From a virus: 64,000 bases of DNA. The stretch covers positions 1-64,000 of the IMG/VR virus record IMGVR_UViG_3300035034_000924. One strand, 5' to 3'. The notes under the pieces are model-generated. The model saw nothing but the letters and a program-made list of their open reading frames with translations, was not told the origin of the DNA and ran no database searches. A program made the position numbers and the translations under genes. This document shows positions 27,879 through 38,319 of the stretch, one piece after another. Numbering within the stretch: position 1 is the stretch's first letter; each line of letters starts with the position of its first letter.

Positions 27879-29702
27879 ATGGCTATCGCCAAAAGCACAC
27901 CTAACCATCAGTTTGGTCGAGTACTTAAATTCATACTGGGTACAGTCACAGGGCTATTCAACTGCACGACAGAAGACTCAGGCGGGCCGTATAAGATCGT
28001 GTACGACGCAGCCGAAGATGAGTACCTAGTCACAGAGTCATCACCTCCTGATGCTTCTCTAGGGGAGTACGAGAACGCCACCCAGACTAACCCACCACCC
28101 TACAACGCTTACTGGCAGGGTGCGTATGTAGAAGGGCAGCCGACTAAGTATGTAGGTTACAACGGTCCGATCACTGGGCACTTCCACTCAAGGGAGTTAC
28201 CCAACAACGCCAAGCAGTCTGTGGTGCTAAACGGCAAAGCCTACGACGTAGGGGTCACTGTCAATGGCGCGGGTATCTGTACGGTAAGTGAAGAGACCGC
28301 ACCATCCTCCGGCGAGTTCGTTGATGTAGACTACCTGATCGTCGCTACGCACTCCGCAGGAGATGACGATATCGCCCTGCAGTTTTCTAAGAAAAAAGTA
28401 TCCGAGGTAAAAGCAGCCAGCTTCTCTGGGCTGACGAGCGGGGATGTATTCTACGAACACTACGCGCCTAACGTCACAACCTCGCAGAGCGCCATTAACT
28501 TCTACTGGAGAGCGGCAGAGAATATGCACCCCGTATCCATTAGCGGGGATGGGCTTAAAGCAGTGTACTACGACGGAAACGGGCAAGGGTCTAACTTCCA
28601 CACCTACCACGAGTATACTTTTGATGCGGACCTAGGTGGCGGGTCTGTAGTGACGACTACCTCTTCTCAGCCAGGCAAAACAACCACCGGAACAAACACC
28701 ACTAGCGGCGGTGGATCGAGCAAGACAAAATCCAACGTGGAAACAGAAGACGTTACGGTAAACGACGTGGTTATCGCTGCAGCGTACGTTAACGACACGA
28801 TTAAGTTCATGAAGTACAGCATCACAATGGAGTCTAGCTATTCCTCTGTCACAACAGTTACTGACGCCACTGCAAACGGCAGCGGGTCTTTCACTTACGA
28901 CCTAGAGTACCCTACCGAAACCGACAGTTTCTCTGGTTCGTACTCCTTTAACACTATGGATACGCCGACAAACCCGCCCACAGGTACTACCACCATAAAC
29001 AGCGACCACTTTGCGCTGGCAGGTAACAACCTAGGCAGGGTGCCGATAAACACATACATAGTGTTTATAGATTTCTATGCAGACGTCTACCTTCGCAACT
29101 ACCGGTTCTCGGAAGGGGGCACTGCAAGCCCCGGCGTAGTTGGCGGGTCCATGACTTTCTATCTGGAACCAAAATACTCCTTCAGCAGAAAGGACGGTAC
29201 GCCTGTCACTAACCAAGGGGTCCAGAGATTCGCTGGAGGTACTAGCCTATCCGAAGGCACAAACGTAACTGGACAAGATGGCTACTTAACCGACAATCTG
29301 CTACCCGCATTTTCGATTAAATGGGTATCCCCCAGTGGGATAAACGGAACCACGCCTTATAGCTTTACGCAAAGCTATGCGTCCGGCCCTAGATTTGCGA
29401 CCATGGAGGAGTTCTACGGTGCAAACGAAGAGGCTAACAGAAAGTACCTAATGAACCACAGAAACCCCGTAGACGGTGCTGTACTTTCTAGATGGAAGCC
29501 ACAGTTCTTAGCGGGGAACTACCGGACGCCCCGAGGTAGGTTTGTGCAAAGGAATACTTTCCCCGTGGGGGCGGTAGGTATGAGTCAGTACTTTGTATCT
29601 GACGGGTTATGGAACGACGTACTTACGCCTCCCCTGCTCAGCACTGTAGACGAAGAGACGGATATCATCGACAATAGCAATATATCATTAGTGGTGCCCT
29701 AA
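27879..29702 (+). CDS. putative tail/virion structural protein
   Basis: 607 aa, Ser/Thr/Gly-rich, tail module. Confidence 0.6.
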   Translation: MAIAKSTPNHQFGRVLKFILGTVTGLFNCTTEDSGGPYKIVYDAAEDEYLVTESSPPDASLGEYENATQTNPPPYNAYWQGAYVEGQPTKYVGYNGPITGHFHSRELPNNAKQSVVLNGKAYDVGVTVNGAGICTVSEETAPSSGEFVDVDYLIVATHSAGDDDIALQFSKKKVSEVKAASFSGLTSGDVFYEHYAPNVTTSQSAINFYWRAAENMHPVSISGDGLKAVYYDGNGQGSNFHTYHEYTFDADLGGGSVVTTTSSQPGKTTTGTNTTSGGGSSKTKSNVETEDVTVNDVVIAAAYVNDTIKFMKYSITMESSYSSVTTVTDATANGSGSFTYDLEYPTETDSFSGSYSFNTMDTPTNPPTGTTTINSDHFALAGNNLGRVPINTYIVFIDFYADVYLRNYRFSEGGTASPGVVGGSMTFYLEPKYSFSRKDGTPVTNQGVQRFAGGTSLSEGTNVTGQDGYLTDNLLPAFSIKWVSPSGINGTTPYSFTQSYASGPRFATMEEFYGANEEANRKYLMNHRNPVDGAVLSRWKPQFLAGNYRTPRGRFVQRNTFPVGAVGMSQYFVSDGLWNDVLTPPLLSTVDEETDIIDNSNISLVVP

Positions 29703-29703
29703 G

Positions 29704-31440
29704 ATGGCGATAGTACAACAAGAACACATAGCCGTACTGCCGTACTCTGTTCATAGGGAGTTTATAGCGCCGTACGATATCAAGGCAGCCAAAGCGTTCT
29801 CTTTCGACATTGTGTATGCGTTCCTAGCTTATGACGTTGTACAGAAAGAGCACGTTGCCCTGTTCAAAAACGATTCATCTGAATTCAGCCACGACAGCGT
29901 TTGGTCACTGCAGGACAGCGTGTCTTTCGAGCATGTCATAGAATACAACCTGCTAGAAGCAGACCTTATCAAGACAGAGCACGTTGCAACATATCGAATG
30001 GATACTTCCGCGTTCGAGCACGTATCGACTTGGAGCATTTTGCAAACGCTTGCAAAAGAGCACGTTAGTGAATGGTCTCTAGAAAACTTTGAAAAAATCC
30101 GACAGGAGCACGAGGCTGTTTACGGGATGGCGGGCTCTGCGTTCGAACACGTATCGGCTTGGGATCTACTGGGTTCCTTATCTAAAGAGCATGTATCGGT
30201 TTACTCGCTAACGTCTCCGTTGGCAGTAGAGTTTGTTGCAGTGTACGAAATGAAGGATCACGATGTAATCAGCAGGGAGCATGGCGCGGTATACAACATC
30301 TATGATCCGATAGTGATCGACGTCACCGGACAGCCTGTGATTACTTTGGGGGACGGCACAATAGTCGATATCATAGATGCTGACGTGTCTAAGTCAGAAG
30401 ACCAGATACACTGGACTTGCACTATTACGCTAGGTGACGTATCAGACTACCAGCTGTTCGAGCAAGATACTCCGTTCGAGTTAGATCTGTTTGGCGAGAA
30501 GTACGATTTCATCGTTGACTCTAAAGAGCTGAACCGAGGCGAAGGTACAGTTAATCGCAACGCTCTAGTAAACGGGGTCTCACCTACTGCCTTAGCTGAC
30601 TCGCCCAGAGCCAGCCAGAGAGAGTACACGTTCGCTACCAGCAAGACTTTGATTACTATGATGCAGGAAATCCTGTCAGGGGTTGGTATTACCCTTAATC
30701 AGGTAGGTACGATCACTGATGGTCTTATTCCGTTCGAGAGGGCAGGGGTACGTGCTGCTAGTCCGTTGGAAGTTGTATTCAACATGGCAACCAAAGCGGG
30801 CCTAGTGATCTACGCACCCAAGCAAGACCCCGGTGTCCTTAATATCCGAAGGAAGTATCTGTACGATACGCACACGGGGTACACCGCAGGCAACACCTCA
30901 AGCTCAGTGACCGACATGGATAACATCATGCGTTTGGTCGAGCAATTCGTGCCTTCTCGCCTAGTTGATCGGGTCAGGATCTTCGATAGCCAAGGCACGT
31001 TCAAGGACAAGATAACATTCGAACTGGACACTGATAACGCAGGCAATAGATTAGCCAAGCAGGGCACTGCAAGGATCTACCCGTCCCCAGCAAGAGAGGC
31101 GCTAGACAACCCCGTACTGGACAACGTGAATAAACCAGAAATAAAGCTGGAGTTTTTGGGTCAAGAGACGGAGACTATCGAGGGCGAAGAGCTGACGTTT
31201 AACGCAGGCATAGCCTCGGTAGACTTCCCTATAAACAGTATGGTGTCCATAGATTGGCAAGGAGTCTCGCTGGTAGGGGTGACGTATGAGCCCGGTTCGT
31301 CTACAATCCGAGGAACGGACACAAGCACTAACGGCGGGTACGCGGTAGCCATAGTGAGCTACACAACCATTTCAAGAAAGTACAGGGTAATAGCGAACAC
31401 GGAAGAGGCCATAGACCTGCTTCTGAGCTATCAGGATTAG
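29704..31440 (+). CDS. putative tail hub/baseplate protein with N-terminal EH repeats
   Basis: About 12 EH..(W/Y).(L/M/I) repeats followed by a hub-like region. Confidence 0.6.
   Translation: MAIVQQEHIAVLPYSVHREFIAPYDIKAAKAFSFDIVYAFLAYDVVQKEHVALFKNDSSEFSHDSVWSLQDSVSFEHVIEYNLLEADLIKTEHVATYRMDTSAFEHVSTWSILQTLAKEHVSEWSLENFEKIRQEHEAVYGMAGSAFEHVSAWDLLGSLSKEHVSVYSLTSPLAVEFVAVYEMKDHDVISREHGAVYNIYDPIVIDVTGQPVITLGDGTIVDIIDADVSKSEDQIHWTCTITLGDVSDYQLFEQDTPFELDLFGEKYDFIVDSKELNRGEGTVNRNALVNGVSPTALADSPRASQREYTFATSKTLITMMQEILSGVGITLNQVGTITDGLIPFERAGVRAASPLEVVFNMATKAGLVIYAPKQDPGVLNIRRKYLYDTHTGYTAGNTSSSVTDMDNIMRLVEQFVPSRLVDRVRIFDSQGTFKDKITFELDTDNAGNRLAKQGTARIYPSPAREALDNPVLDNVNKPEIKLEFLGQETETIEGEELTFNAGIASVDFPINSMVSIDWQGVSLVGVTYEPGSSTIRGTDTSTNGGYAVAIVSYTTISRKYRVIANTEEAIDLLLSYQD
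30040..30055. repeat. dispersed palindrome, 1 mismatch
   Basis: TTGCAAACGCTTGCAA. Confidence 0.85.
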
Positions 31441-31460
31441 CGAAATTCGGGAGAATAAAT

Positions 31461-31991
31461 ATGGCTAGGCAAGTCACAGCAACGCTGAGTATTGGTTTTG
31501 GTAACGTAACCTCTGAGTCGGACGGCGCAGATACGTTAATCGCAGAAATAGATACCAGAGTGGACGGCCTGAATAAAGGCAAGCGGAGCTTCCTGCCGGG
31601 GGACGATGTATTCATTCTGGTATACAGAGGATCTAACGTAACAATTGATGATGCGATCATTAGTCTAGGTTCGATCAACTACAGGCCCGGCAACTCCCCA
31701 CAGATCGTGGAACTAGAAGAGGATATAGTTTTTGCTAATGAATCCGACGCTAGCCTGACTCGTCCGATACTCAGCATCCAATCCGATCAATGGCTGGGTA
31801 CGGACCTAGGTAATGTAGTCAAGACAGGGGAGTTGCAGGTCAGCCTATCGAACCCTCCGGTGAATAACTATGCGGGCGTAAACAGGGTAGGGTACACGGC
31901 CAATGCGGATGTGTATCAGCTATCAGGTACGCTTCTCAACGGCACCAGTGAATACGAGATTGTGGTTGTCTTTATCGGTACAGCGGTATAA
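31461..31991 (+). CDS. putative tail protein
   Basis: GGAG RBS; tail module. Confidence 0.6.
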   Translation: MARQVTATLSIGFGNVTSESDGADTLIAEIDTRVDGLNKGKRSFLPGDDVFILVYRGSNVTIDDAIISLGSINYRPGNSPQIVELEEDIVFANESDASLTRPILSIQSDQWLGTDLGNVVKTGELQVSLSNPPVNNYAGVNRVGYTANADVYQLSGTLLNGTSEYEIVVVFIGTAV

Positions 31992-31993
31992 AC

Positions 31994-32320
31994 ATGGAAG
32001 CAGTAGATATCACTGTAGTCAGGGGGGTAGGTAGCAAGGAAGGCGAAGATATCTTCGAACCTATCTTAGCCACCGAAGGACTTGCACTGCAGAGAGGCAA
32101 AGCTGAGATAAACGAACGATCCCAGCCCATGTCCGAGAAAGAGATTACGCTGCCGTTCACGTCAGGTATAGAGGCGGGCCAGCTAATGCTCGTCACAGAC
32201 TCCCTACAAGGCGCTGTGTACGTCGGTAAGGTAACAGCTACCAGACATAGCGTAAGGATCAATCCGCCTGAGAGCGCCACTGTGGTGACTCTGGAGGTGC
32301 CTTTACTAGGCAGGTACTAG
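31994..32320 (+). CDS. putative tail protein
   Basis: ORF in the tail module. Confidence 0.6.
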   Translation: MEAVDITVVRGVGSKEGEDIFEPILATEGLALQRGKAEINERSQPMSEKEITLPFTSGIEAGQLMLVTDSLQGAVYVGKVTATRHSVRINPPESATVVTLEVPLLGRY

Positions 32321-32515
32321 ATGAACTTTGAAACAGGTGTAGTAACAGAGGTAAGCGACAGCCGTTATACGGTCAGGGTACGCTCAGAGACGCGGACGGT
32401 GGACAGGTCTGCATTCCCTGTAGACTTACCCGAAGGAACCAGTATCCTTATGCAAGGTGGCGCTATCGTAGGCCAGATCAGACAACAGCCTGCGGGCAAA
32501 AAATTCCAAGTATAG
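32321..32515 (+). CDS. small putative tail tip protein
   Basis: 64 aa, beta-rich; abuts the previous stop. Confidence 0.55.
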   Translation: MNFETGVVTEVSDSRYTVRVRSETRTVDRSAFPVDLPEGTSILMQGGAIVGQIRQQPAGKKFQV

Positions 32516-32524
32516 GTAAAGACG

Positions 32525-33211
32525 ATGCCCATTTCTGATTTCTACAGAGGAAACACCAGAGACTTCACATTCAGTTTTTTGCAGCCGAACCCTTTGTACA
32601 CGGGCGAACCTCCTGCAGTAACTGTAACAGCTGTTAGCGAAGCCGTCTTCGATGACGTCACCTATCCGGTAGACATATCATCGTCCGGTGTAATAACAGA
32701 AAACTGGACACTAACTTTTGACAGTGCCACCGAATACGAAATCGTAGGCGATACAGCAGGCTTGGTAGGCCGGGGCAACATCAGCGTCGATGCGCACCCA
32801 GTAAACCCTGCCAAGGGGACTCCGTATTTCACACTACCCAAAGGCGGCTGGGACACGAAGAAGAAATTCGCTTCAGGAGACGCACTGGTATTCAGCACCA
32901 TAGTGCGGAATGTACCGGAAGACATAACAGATCTGGTCGTCACTTTGACTTTTATTGATGAAGACGATGGAACCGTAACTTTGCAAACGTCTGCAACGGC
33001 AGGGGACAGCGCGGGCGATAGCCCAGCGAACGGGATTATGAACCTACGTCTCAACTCAGGCGAATCAGCTCTGTTGGTTAAAGAGTCTTACAAATATGGA
33101 TTCGAGCGAAGAACTCCTGACGGTGCGGATGAAGCCCTCGATATTGTCAGGACTATCGAAGAGGGGAAGGTCAAGATACTGACTCCTGCGAAAGCTGTAA
33201 CAGCCAGCTAA
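32525..33211 (+). CDS. BppU-like baseplate/fibre adaptor with an inserted domain
   Basis: YRGNT..F.F...DIT...V.LT...NG...L.L...S..L...Y.Y...RTI.EG.V.I. Confidence 0.55.
   Translation: MPISDFYRGNTRDFTFSFLQPNPLYTGEPPAVTVTAVSEAVFDDVTYPVDISSSGVITENWTLTFDSATEYEIVGDTAGLVGRGNISVDAHPVNPAKGTPYFTLPKGGWDTKKKFASGDALVFSTIVRNVPEDITDLVVTLTFIDEDDGTVTLQTSATAGDSAGDSPANGIMNLRLNSGESALLVKESYKYGFERRTPDGADEALDIVRTIEEGKVKILTPAKAVTAS
32981..32996. repeat. dispersed palindrome, 1 mismatch
   Basis: TTGCAAACGTCTGCAA. Confidence 0.85.
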
Positions 33212-33220
33212 GGCGACAAA

Positions 33221-33862
33221 GTGCCACAAGACTACATACAGGTTATAACGGACGAAGACTCAACGGGCGCTTACCTGCTGAACAGAGAGCAGCCCGTCGT
33301 ATCTATTGCTGAAGAGAGCTTCGCAGCATTGCTATCGGAAGAACGCAATGAAGTCCTGTCCTCGCTAGGCGACAGTAACCAAGTGTCTTCCGTCTCTGAG
33401 ACTATCCTTGTCACGCCGTTGGAAGTAGTAGATAATGCCGAAATATTGACAGGAGTTGAATATCTGTCAGTAGAGTTTGTAGAAGAGATTTACGAAGTCC
33501 ACCTAGCGGATGCTTTTGTAGGAACGGGTGGCGGGGAAGCGGGAGAAGCCGAGCTTCCAAAAATCTCGGAACTTATACCTGATGGCCAGAACGCTGTAGT
33601 AGACAGTATTCCGGTCGAGCAGTTGAACGGAGTCAAGTGGCTAGTTACCTTGACAACCGCAGTCAACGACAAAAGGGTATTCGAAGTAAGCGCCTCATGG
33701 AAGGGCACTGAAGCAAACTACACGGTGTACGGTATCAATGGAGATGCCATCGGATATAGCGTATCAGTGGATATTGCTATCGCCAGCAATAATATTGAGC
33801 TTGCCATATCGAACACTAACGGAAGTGCACTAACGGCAGACGTGGTTCGTATCTCGATGTAG
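33221..33862 (+). CDS. putative tail fibre-associated protein
   Basis: Acidic ORF upstream of the tail fibre. Confidence 0.55.
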   Translation: MPQDYIQVITDEDSTGAYLLNREQPVVSIAEESFAALLSEERNEVLSSLGDSNQVSSVSETILVTPLEVVDNAEILTGVEYLSVEFVEEIYEVHLADAFVGTGGGEAGEAELPKISELIPDGQNAVVDSIPVEQLNGVKWLVTLTTAVNDKRVFEVSASWKGTEANYTVYGINGDAIGYSVSVDIAIASNNIELAISNTNGSALTADVVRISM

Positions 33863-33884
33863 CAGGCCGTACACAGGAAGGGTA

Positions 33885-34235
33885 ATGGCCAAGCAATTGT
33901 TCTCTGCCGAAGGCGGGTTCCGAATAGATGAAAATGGTGTCGCGTATATTACGGGCACAGGCGAACCCGACAACGCATACTCCAACCTAGCACCTAAAGG
34001 CAGTGTCTATACCGCAGACGATACTGGGCATGTCTATCGCAAGCACACAGTAGGCACAGGTACGGATAAGTGGCGCAGACTGTTAGACACGGAAGACATC
34101 GCAGATCTGTCAGGCGCTCTACTGTTTTACTTCCGAAATGGCGATCTTAGCAAAATAGCTTTAACCAGAAATTCAGGCCTGCCGTTTACTTTCCGAGACG
34201 GCAGCTCCGACCCCATTGACCTAGTAAGCGTGTAG
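33885..34235 (+). CDS. putative tail fibre-associated protein
   Basis: GTG.P.....AP.GSVY......VYRK..GTG...W motif seen in fibre/spike proteins. Confidence 0.6.
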   Translation: MAKQLFSAEGGFRIDENGVAYITGTGEPDNAYSNLAPKGSVYTADDTGHVYRKHTVGTGTDKWRRLLDTEDIADLSGALLFYFRNGDLSKIALTRNSGLPFTFRDGSSDPIDLVSV

Positions 34236-34242
34236 GTGATCC

Positions 34243-37200
34243 ATGGCTGATAAGTACCCAATAAAAGCAGTAAGTGCTAGCGGAGACGCTACAGGCCTAT
34301 CTGAGTTTGAAGAAGGGGATGCGGTCCCTATTGATGCTGGAGGTACAGGCGCGGTAACTGCCGAAAGCGGGCTAGCTAACCTAGGGGGCGCTACCGAGAG
34401 CTTTGTTGATGCCGCCGTAGCCGCTGCAGTCGCTATGCTAGTGGGTTCTGCCCCGGCTGACCTAAACACTATCGAAGAGATTGCTAGTGCCTTGGGTAAT
34501 GACCCGGACATACTGACGAATTTTTTAAGCACAGCGAATGTCGTAAACAACCTGACGTCAAGCGACACCGAGGCACCGCTTAGTGCAGCGATGGGTAAGG
34601 CGTTAAAGGACCAGCTCGACACATTCAACCCGCTGCCTAACTTCACCACGAATGGCTCCTTCTCTACGTTGAATCCGACGCTGCTATTTCACGAGACAGA
34701 CGCTACGACGGACAACGGCAAGTGGCGTATTGCGATAGACAACGAGCAATTCAACCTAGATGTAGTCAGTGATGATGGATTCACTTCCGAGTACTTTTTG
34801 CGGGCCGAAAGATCTTCTGCGAACGTAACGGACGTCACGACTAACGGAGAATGGTACTTCAACGAAGACATCACGGCCTTGTCCAACATCTCTGCTTCGT
34901 CTCTGGAAATTACCAACCTTGCGCTATTCAAGAGCACTGTCCAACTGGACGAGAACGCCTACGGTACTATGGTGGGTAGTAGCACTGCAGGTTTTGTTAT
35001 CGAGGGCGCGGGTAGTGTCACCGACTTCGTTCTACGAAACTCCCTTAGCCAAGACGTGTTATGGGTGCCGGAAGGCGGGCTGCAGATAAACGTTAAGTCA
35101 GATATCTTCTCAGAAGGTTCCGTGATATTCGGTGACGTGTTCAACACCTATGCGACCTTCGAAGGGGACGGCATAGAAGGCGTTCTGCTACAAGGTTTCG
35201 GTGACACCAATGACTTCATGGTCAGGAACCGATCCGGGGTAGACACTCTTTGGCTGGATTCAGACACTACAGAGTTCACCTTTGCTGGGGACCTATCATT
35301 TTCCGCCATGAACCTTAAAGTAGGCGGGGTCAGTGTTTTATCTTCCTCTAGTTCCGAGGCGTCATTCTTCTCTGGTGTTCTAGAGGTTACGCCCACGAGC
35401 GTACAGATAAATGAAGGCGTTGGCCTAGACTTCTACAATGGTAACGGCGTGATTGAGTGGTCTGATGCCTTTGATACCTATGGCAGTATCTCTGGCGGCA
35501 GCGCCGGCATGGTTATTCAAGGCTTTGGTTTCTTGGGTGACATTATCCTTAGGAACTCTGCAGCAACCGACGTAATGTTAGTACCTACCGGAACTACTGA
35601 CGTTGAGTTCAAAGGCGATGTATATCTGGAAAGTGCGTTATACCATGATAGCGCTGAGGCCATCGTCTACGGTAATGGCAACGAGGTATATCGAGTAAAC
35701 AACTCGGGTCTGGTAATTACCAGCCAGATCCAATTAAACGATAGCAGGTTTATAAGGTTTGAGAACCAAGATGGATTCACTATAAGCGGCTACATTGGTC
35801 TGATTAACGCGTCTAATGAGCTAGCCATACAGCACGACACGGAACTGTCAGTGACTATAGGAGCAGCCGAGACTTTTACAGTAAACGGCAGTCTGGTGAC
35901 TTCGCAAGTAGATGTTTCTATTGATACAGGGGATTTGTACCTCAATAGCCCTGACGGGCACATATGGTTTACTGAAACCGACGCAGCGGCAGATAACGGA
36001 AAATGGGACTTCAGATACTATGGCGGGAAATTCGAATTTAGGACAGTAAACGATGCTGTTACTGGTGCTAGCACCATTATGGATGTTAGCCGCACGGGTA
36101 TCGGCGTAGACCTGATAAGCTTTTTTGCTGAAACTACTTTCTCTGACCATATTACGCTTGGTAATAATAAAGCCATCTTCATTAAAAATTCAGAATCTCA
36201 AAGCTACCCAGTTATCCAAAGGTTTGGCGACGAGGTCTACATAGACTCCTACGGCAACTCTGCCGGTAATGGTGCGATTATACTTAGGACAAGAAATGGG
36301 TCAGGCGCTGTGGCAACTGCCTTGCAGCTAAATGCAGAGAGTCAACAAGCCTTTTTTGGTGGAATTATATCTTCCTCAATCAACAACGCTGGAGCGGTAA
36401 CCTTAGGTGCAGCATCCGACATCCAGCCGGGTATGAGAATATTCAATGCAGCTACGAACTTTTACATGGGGCTAAACACTAGCGCAGGTACTGCGTTTTC
36501 GGGCTCTACTGCCAATTACGCTTATGTTGGGACTAGTTCTAACGGTTTAGAGTTTGCCACAGCAAATGTGGTCCGTGCAAAGTTCGACACTTTAGCTAGG
36601 CTGCACCTCTTTACTGAACTTAGTTTAGACTCGAATAAAGTTATTGCCCTTGAGGGGCAAGGCTCGGACACGTACTTCTATGGTGCAGGCACAAACAACA
36701 TCTATTTTGTTACGGGTGGTGCAAACGTACTTCGTCTTGATAATAACCAAGACATCGCAGCGTATGGCCGGATTACTATACCCCATACTGACGGATACTA
36801 TTTCGGTAACGGGTATATTGGCGAGCCAGACGTTAACTGGGGTTGGTTACTTAAACCAGATACCGCATCAGGGGGCGCAGCCAACGGAGGTATCCTAAAT
36901 ACAGCTGGTGTAGCCATAATGCTATTTTATGACGCTAATAAAAGCGTCACTCTCAGTACCAGCAGCACATTACACTCCGGCTTTAGGGTTGATAATGGCA
37001 CAAATCTGCTCTGCGAGATCTTAGGCTTTTCAGGTGCAAACGACAGCGGGGGTGTCAGGCTGTATTCTGGCGGGGTTCCTCGAACCGATTTGTACTCTGA
37101 CCAACCTTCTTACTTCTACCACGGTATTAGAATCCCTGTCACATCTAAGGTGTTTCTGGATAGTGACGCTGGGATGGATTCCTATATTTACGCTTCTGGT

Positions 37201-38319
37201 AATGACCAAATAGACATAGTGGCTGGCGGCATTGTTAAGTCAAGGTGGTCCTCGGGAATCAGCACTATTTATGGCTACACCCAATTCAACAGATCGGCTG
37301 GCGTCAACGACGCTCAGATAGAGCTATTCGGCGGGGATGCCGATAGCGGCGCGGCGCTGACGTTTCACAGAACGAGTGTTAAGATCTGGTATCTAGGTAT
37401 GCGAGGGGACTCCGCAGCGTTTACCCTCAGAAACGATAGTGCAGGTGGCAGTTTAGTTTTTGGTGTAAACAGTGCAGGTTCTTTTGATTTCCATACTGGC
37501 GTTAAACTTAGTGACGGGGTGCCAACAACTTCCGGTGACCTTGCCATGGGTAACTCCTATGTTTCCTCCTCTATACGTATCGGTTCGTTCGGCTCTTACA
37601 TAGGCCGGGACGCGGGCACTGGTGCTATCCGCTACCGCTCAGCACAGAACTCCCACCACTTCACTGGTACAAATGTAATATTGGACGAACATTTAATAGT
37701 ACAGGGCGGGAAGTTCATTTACTTGGACGGAGGAAGCGATACATACATAAGCCAGCTTAGTGGCAATGAAACCAGCGTAGTTTCTGGCGGGACAGAGGGG
37801 CTTAGGGTGGGAAACAACTTCACCTATACAAGAAACTTCCGGCCTTTCGTTAATAATCTGTATGCCATGGGTGATGCTTCCTTCGCGTGGACGGTAGTTT
37901 ACGCAACTAACGGAGCCATACAGCCTTCCGACCTGCGCCTAAAGAACGTAACTAAAAGGTTAACGCCAGAGGAAGCACTTTCCTTTGTCAGAGACACAGA
38001 GTCGATAGAGTACTACTGGAAGGACGATGCAAGTAAGGTGTATAGGCACGGTTTCGGTGCGCAGGAAATCTACGTCTTGCTTAAAAAGCACGGTATGAAC
38101 CCCGACAAAAACGGCCTAGTAAGCCACGATGTATCGTCAGACAAGTGGTCCATGGGCTACTCGGAAATGGTGTCTATAAATTCTGCAGCTATCCGAGGAG
38201 TGGCTTCTATGGTTGACAAAGTGGTGGTGTCTATCGGTTCGCATAACAAAAAAATAAAAGCTCTGGAAGAAAAAGTCGATACGTTAGAAGAAGAAGTTCG
38301 TATACTTAAGGCGGCGTAA
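34243..38319 (+). CDS. tail fibre with C-terminal intramolecular chaperone (peptidase S74)
   Basis: AP..LNT..EIA.ALGNDP; VVNNLTS.....PLSA.MGK.LK; C-terminal SD.RLK...Y.WK...HGF.AQE and a coiled coil. Confidence 0.9.
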   Translation: MADKYPIKAVSASGDATGLSEFEEGDAVPIDAGGTGAVTAESGLANLGGATESFVDAAVAAAVAMLVGSAPADLNTIEEIASALGNDPDILTNFLSTANVVNNLTSSDTEAPLSAAMGKALKDQLDTFNPLPNFTTNGSFSTLNPTLLFHETDATTDNGKWRIAIDNEQFNLDVVSDDGFTSEYFLRAERSSANVTDVTTNGEWYFNEDITALSNISASSLEITNLALFKSTVQLDENAYGTMVGSSTAGFVIEGAGSVTDFVLRNSLSQDVLWVPEGGLQINVKSDIFSEGSVIFGDVFNTYATFEGDGIEGVLLQGFGDTNDFMVRNRSGVDTLWLDSDTTEFTFAGDLSFSAMNLKVGGVSVLSSSSSEASFFSGVLEVTPTSVQINEGVGLDFYNGNGVIEWSDAFDTYGSISGGSAGMVIQGFGFLGDIILRNSAATDVMLVPTGTTDVEFKGDVYLESALYHDSAEAIVYGNGNEVYRVNNSGLVITSQIQLNDSRFIRFENQDGFTISGYIGLINASNELAIQHDTELSVTIGAAETFTVNGSLVTSQVDVSIDTGDLYLNSPDGHIWFTETDAAADNGKWDFRYYGGKFEFRTVNDAVTGASTIMDVSRTGIGVDLISFFAETTFSDHITLGNNKAIFIKNSESQSYPVIQRFGDEVYIDSYGNSAGNGAIILRTRNGSGAVATALQLNAESQQAFFGGIISSSINNAGAVTLGAASDIQPGMRIFNAATNFYMGLNTSAGTAFSGSTANYAYVGTSSNGLEFATANVVRAKFDTLARLHLFTELSLDSNKVIALEGQGSDTYFYGAGTNNIYFVTGGANVLRLDNNQDIAAYGRITIPHTDGYYFGNGYIGEPDVNWGWLLKPDTASGGAANGGILNTAGVAIMLFYDANKSVTLSTSSTLHSGFRVDNGTNLLCEILGFSGANDSGGVRLYSGGVPRTDLYSDQPSYFYHGIRIPVTSKVFLDSDAGMDSYIYASGNDQIDIVAGGIVKSRWSSGISTIYGYTQFNRSAGVNDAQIELFGGDADSGAALTFHRTSVKIWYLGMRGDSAAFTLRNDSAGGSLVFGVNSAGSFDFHTGVKLSDGVPTTSGDLAMGNSYVSSSIRIGSFGSYIGRDAGTGAIRYRSAQNSHHFTGTNVILDEHLIVQGGKFIYLDGGSDTYISQLSGNETSVVSGGTEGLRVGNNFTYTRNFRPFVNNLYAMGDASFAWTVVYATNGAIQPSDLRLKNVTKRLTPEEALSFVRDTESIEYYWKDDASKVYRHGFGAQEIYVLLKKHGMNPDKNGLVSHDVSSDKWSMGYSEMVSINSAAIRGVASMVDKVVVSIGSHNKKIKALEEKVDTLEEEVRILKAA

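Noticed and set aside
34243-38319. Diversity-generating retroelement or invertible tail fibre system
   Set aside because: No reverse transcriptase, invertase or near-identical template/variable repeat pair was seen in the window.
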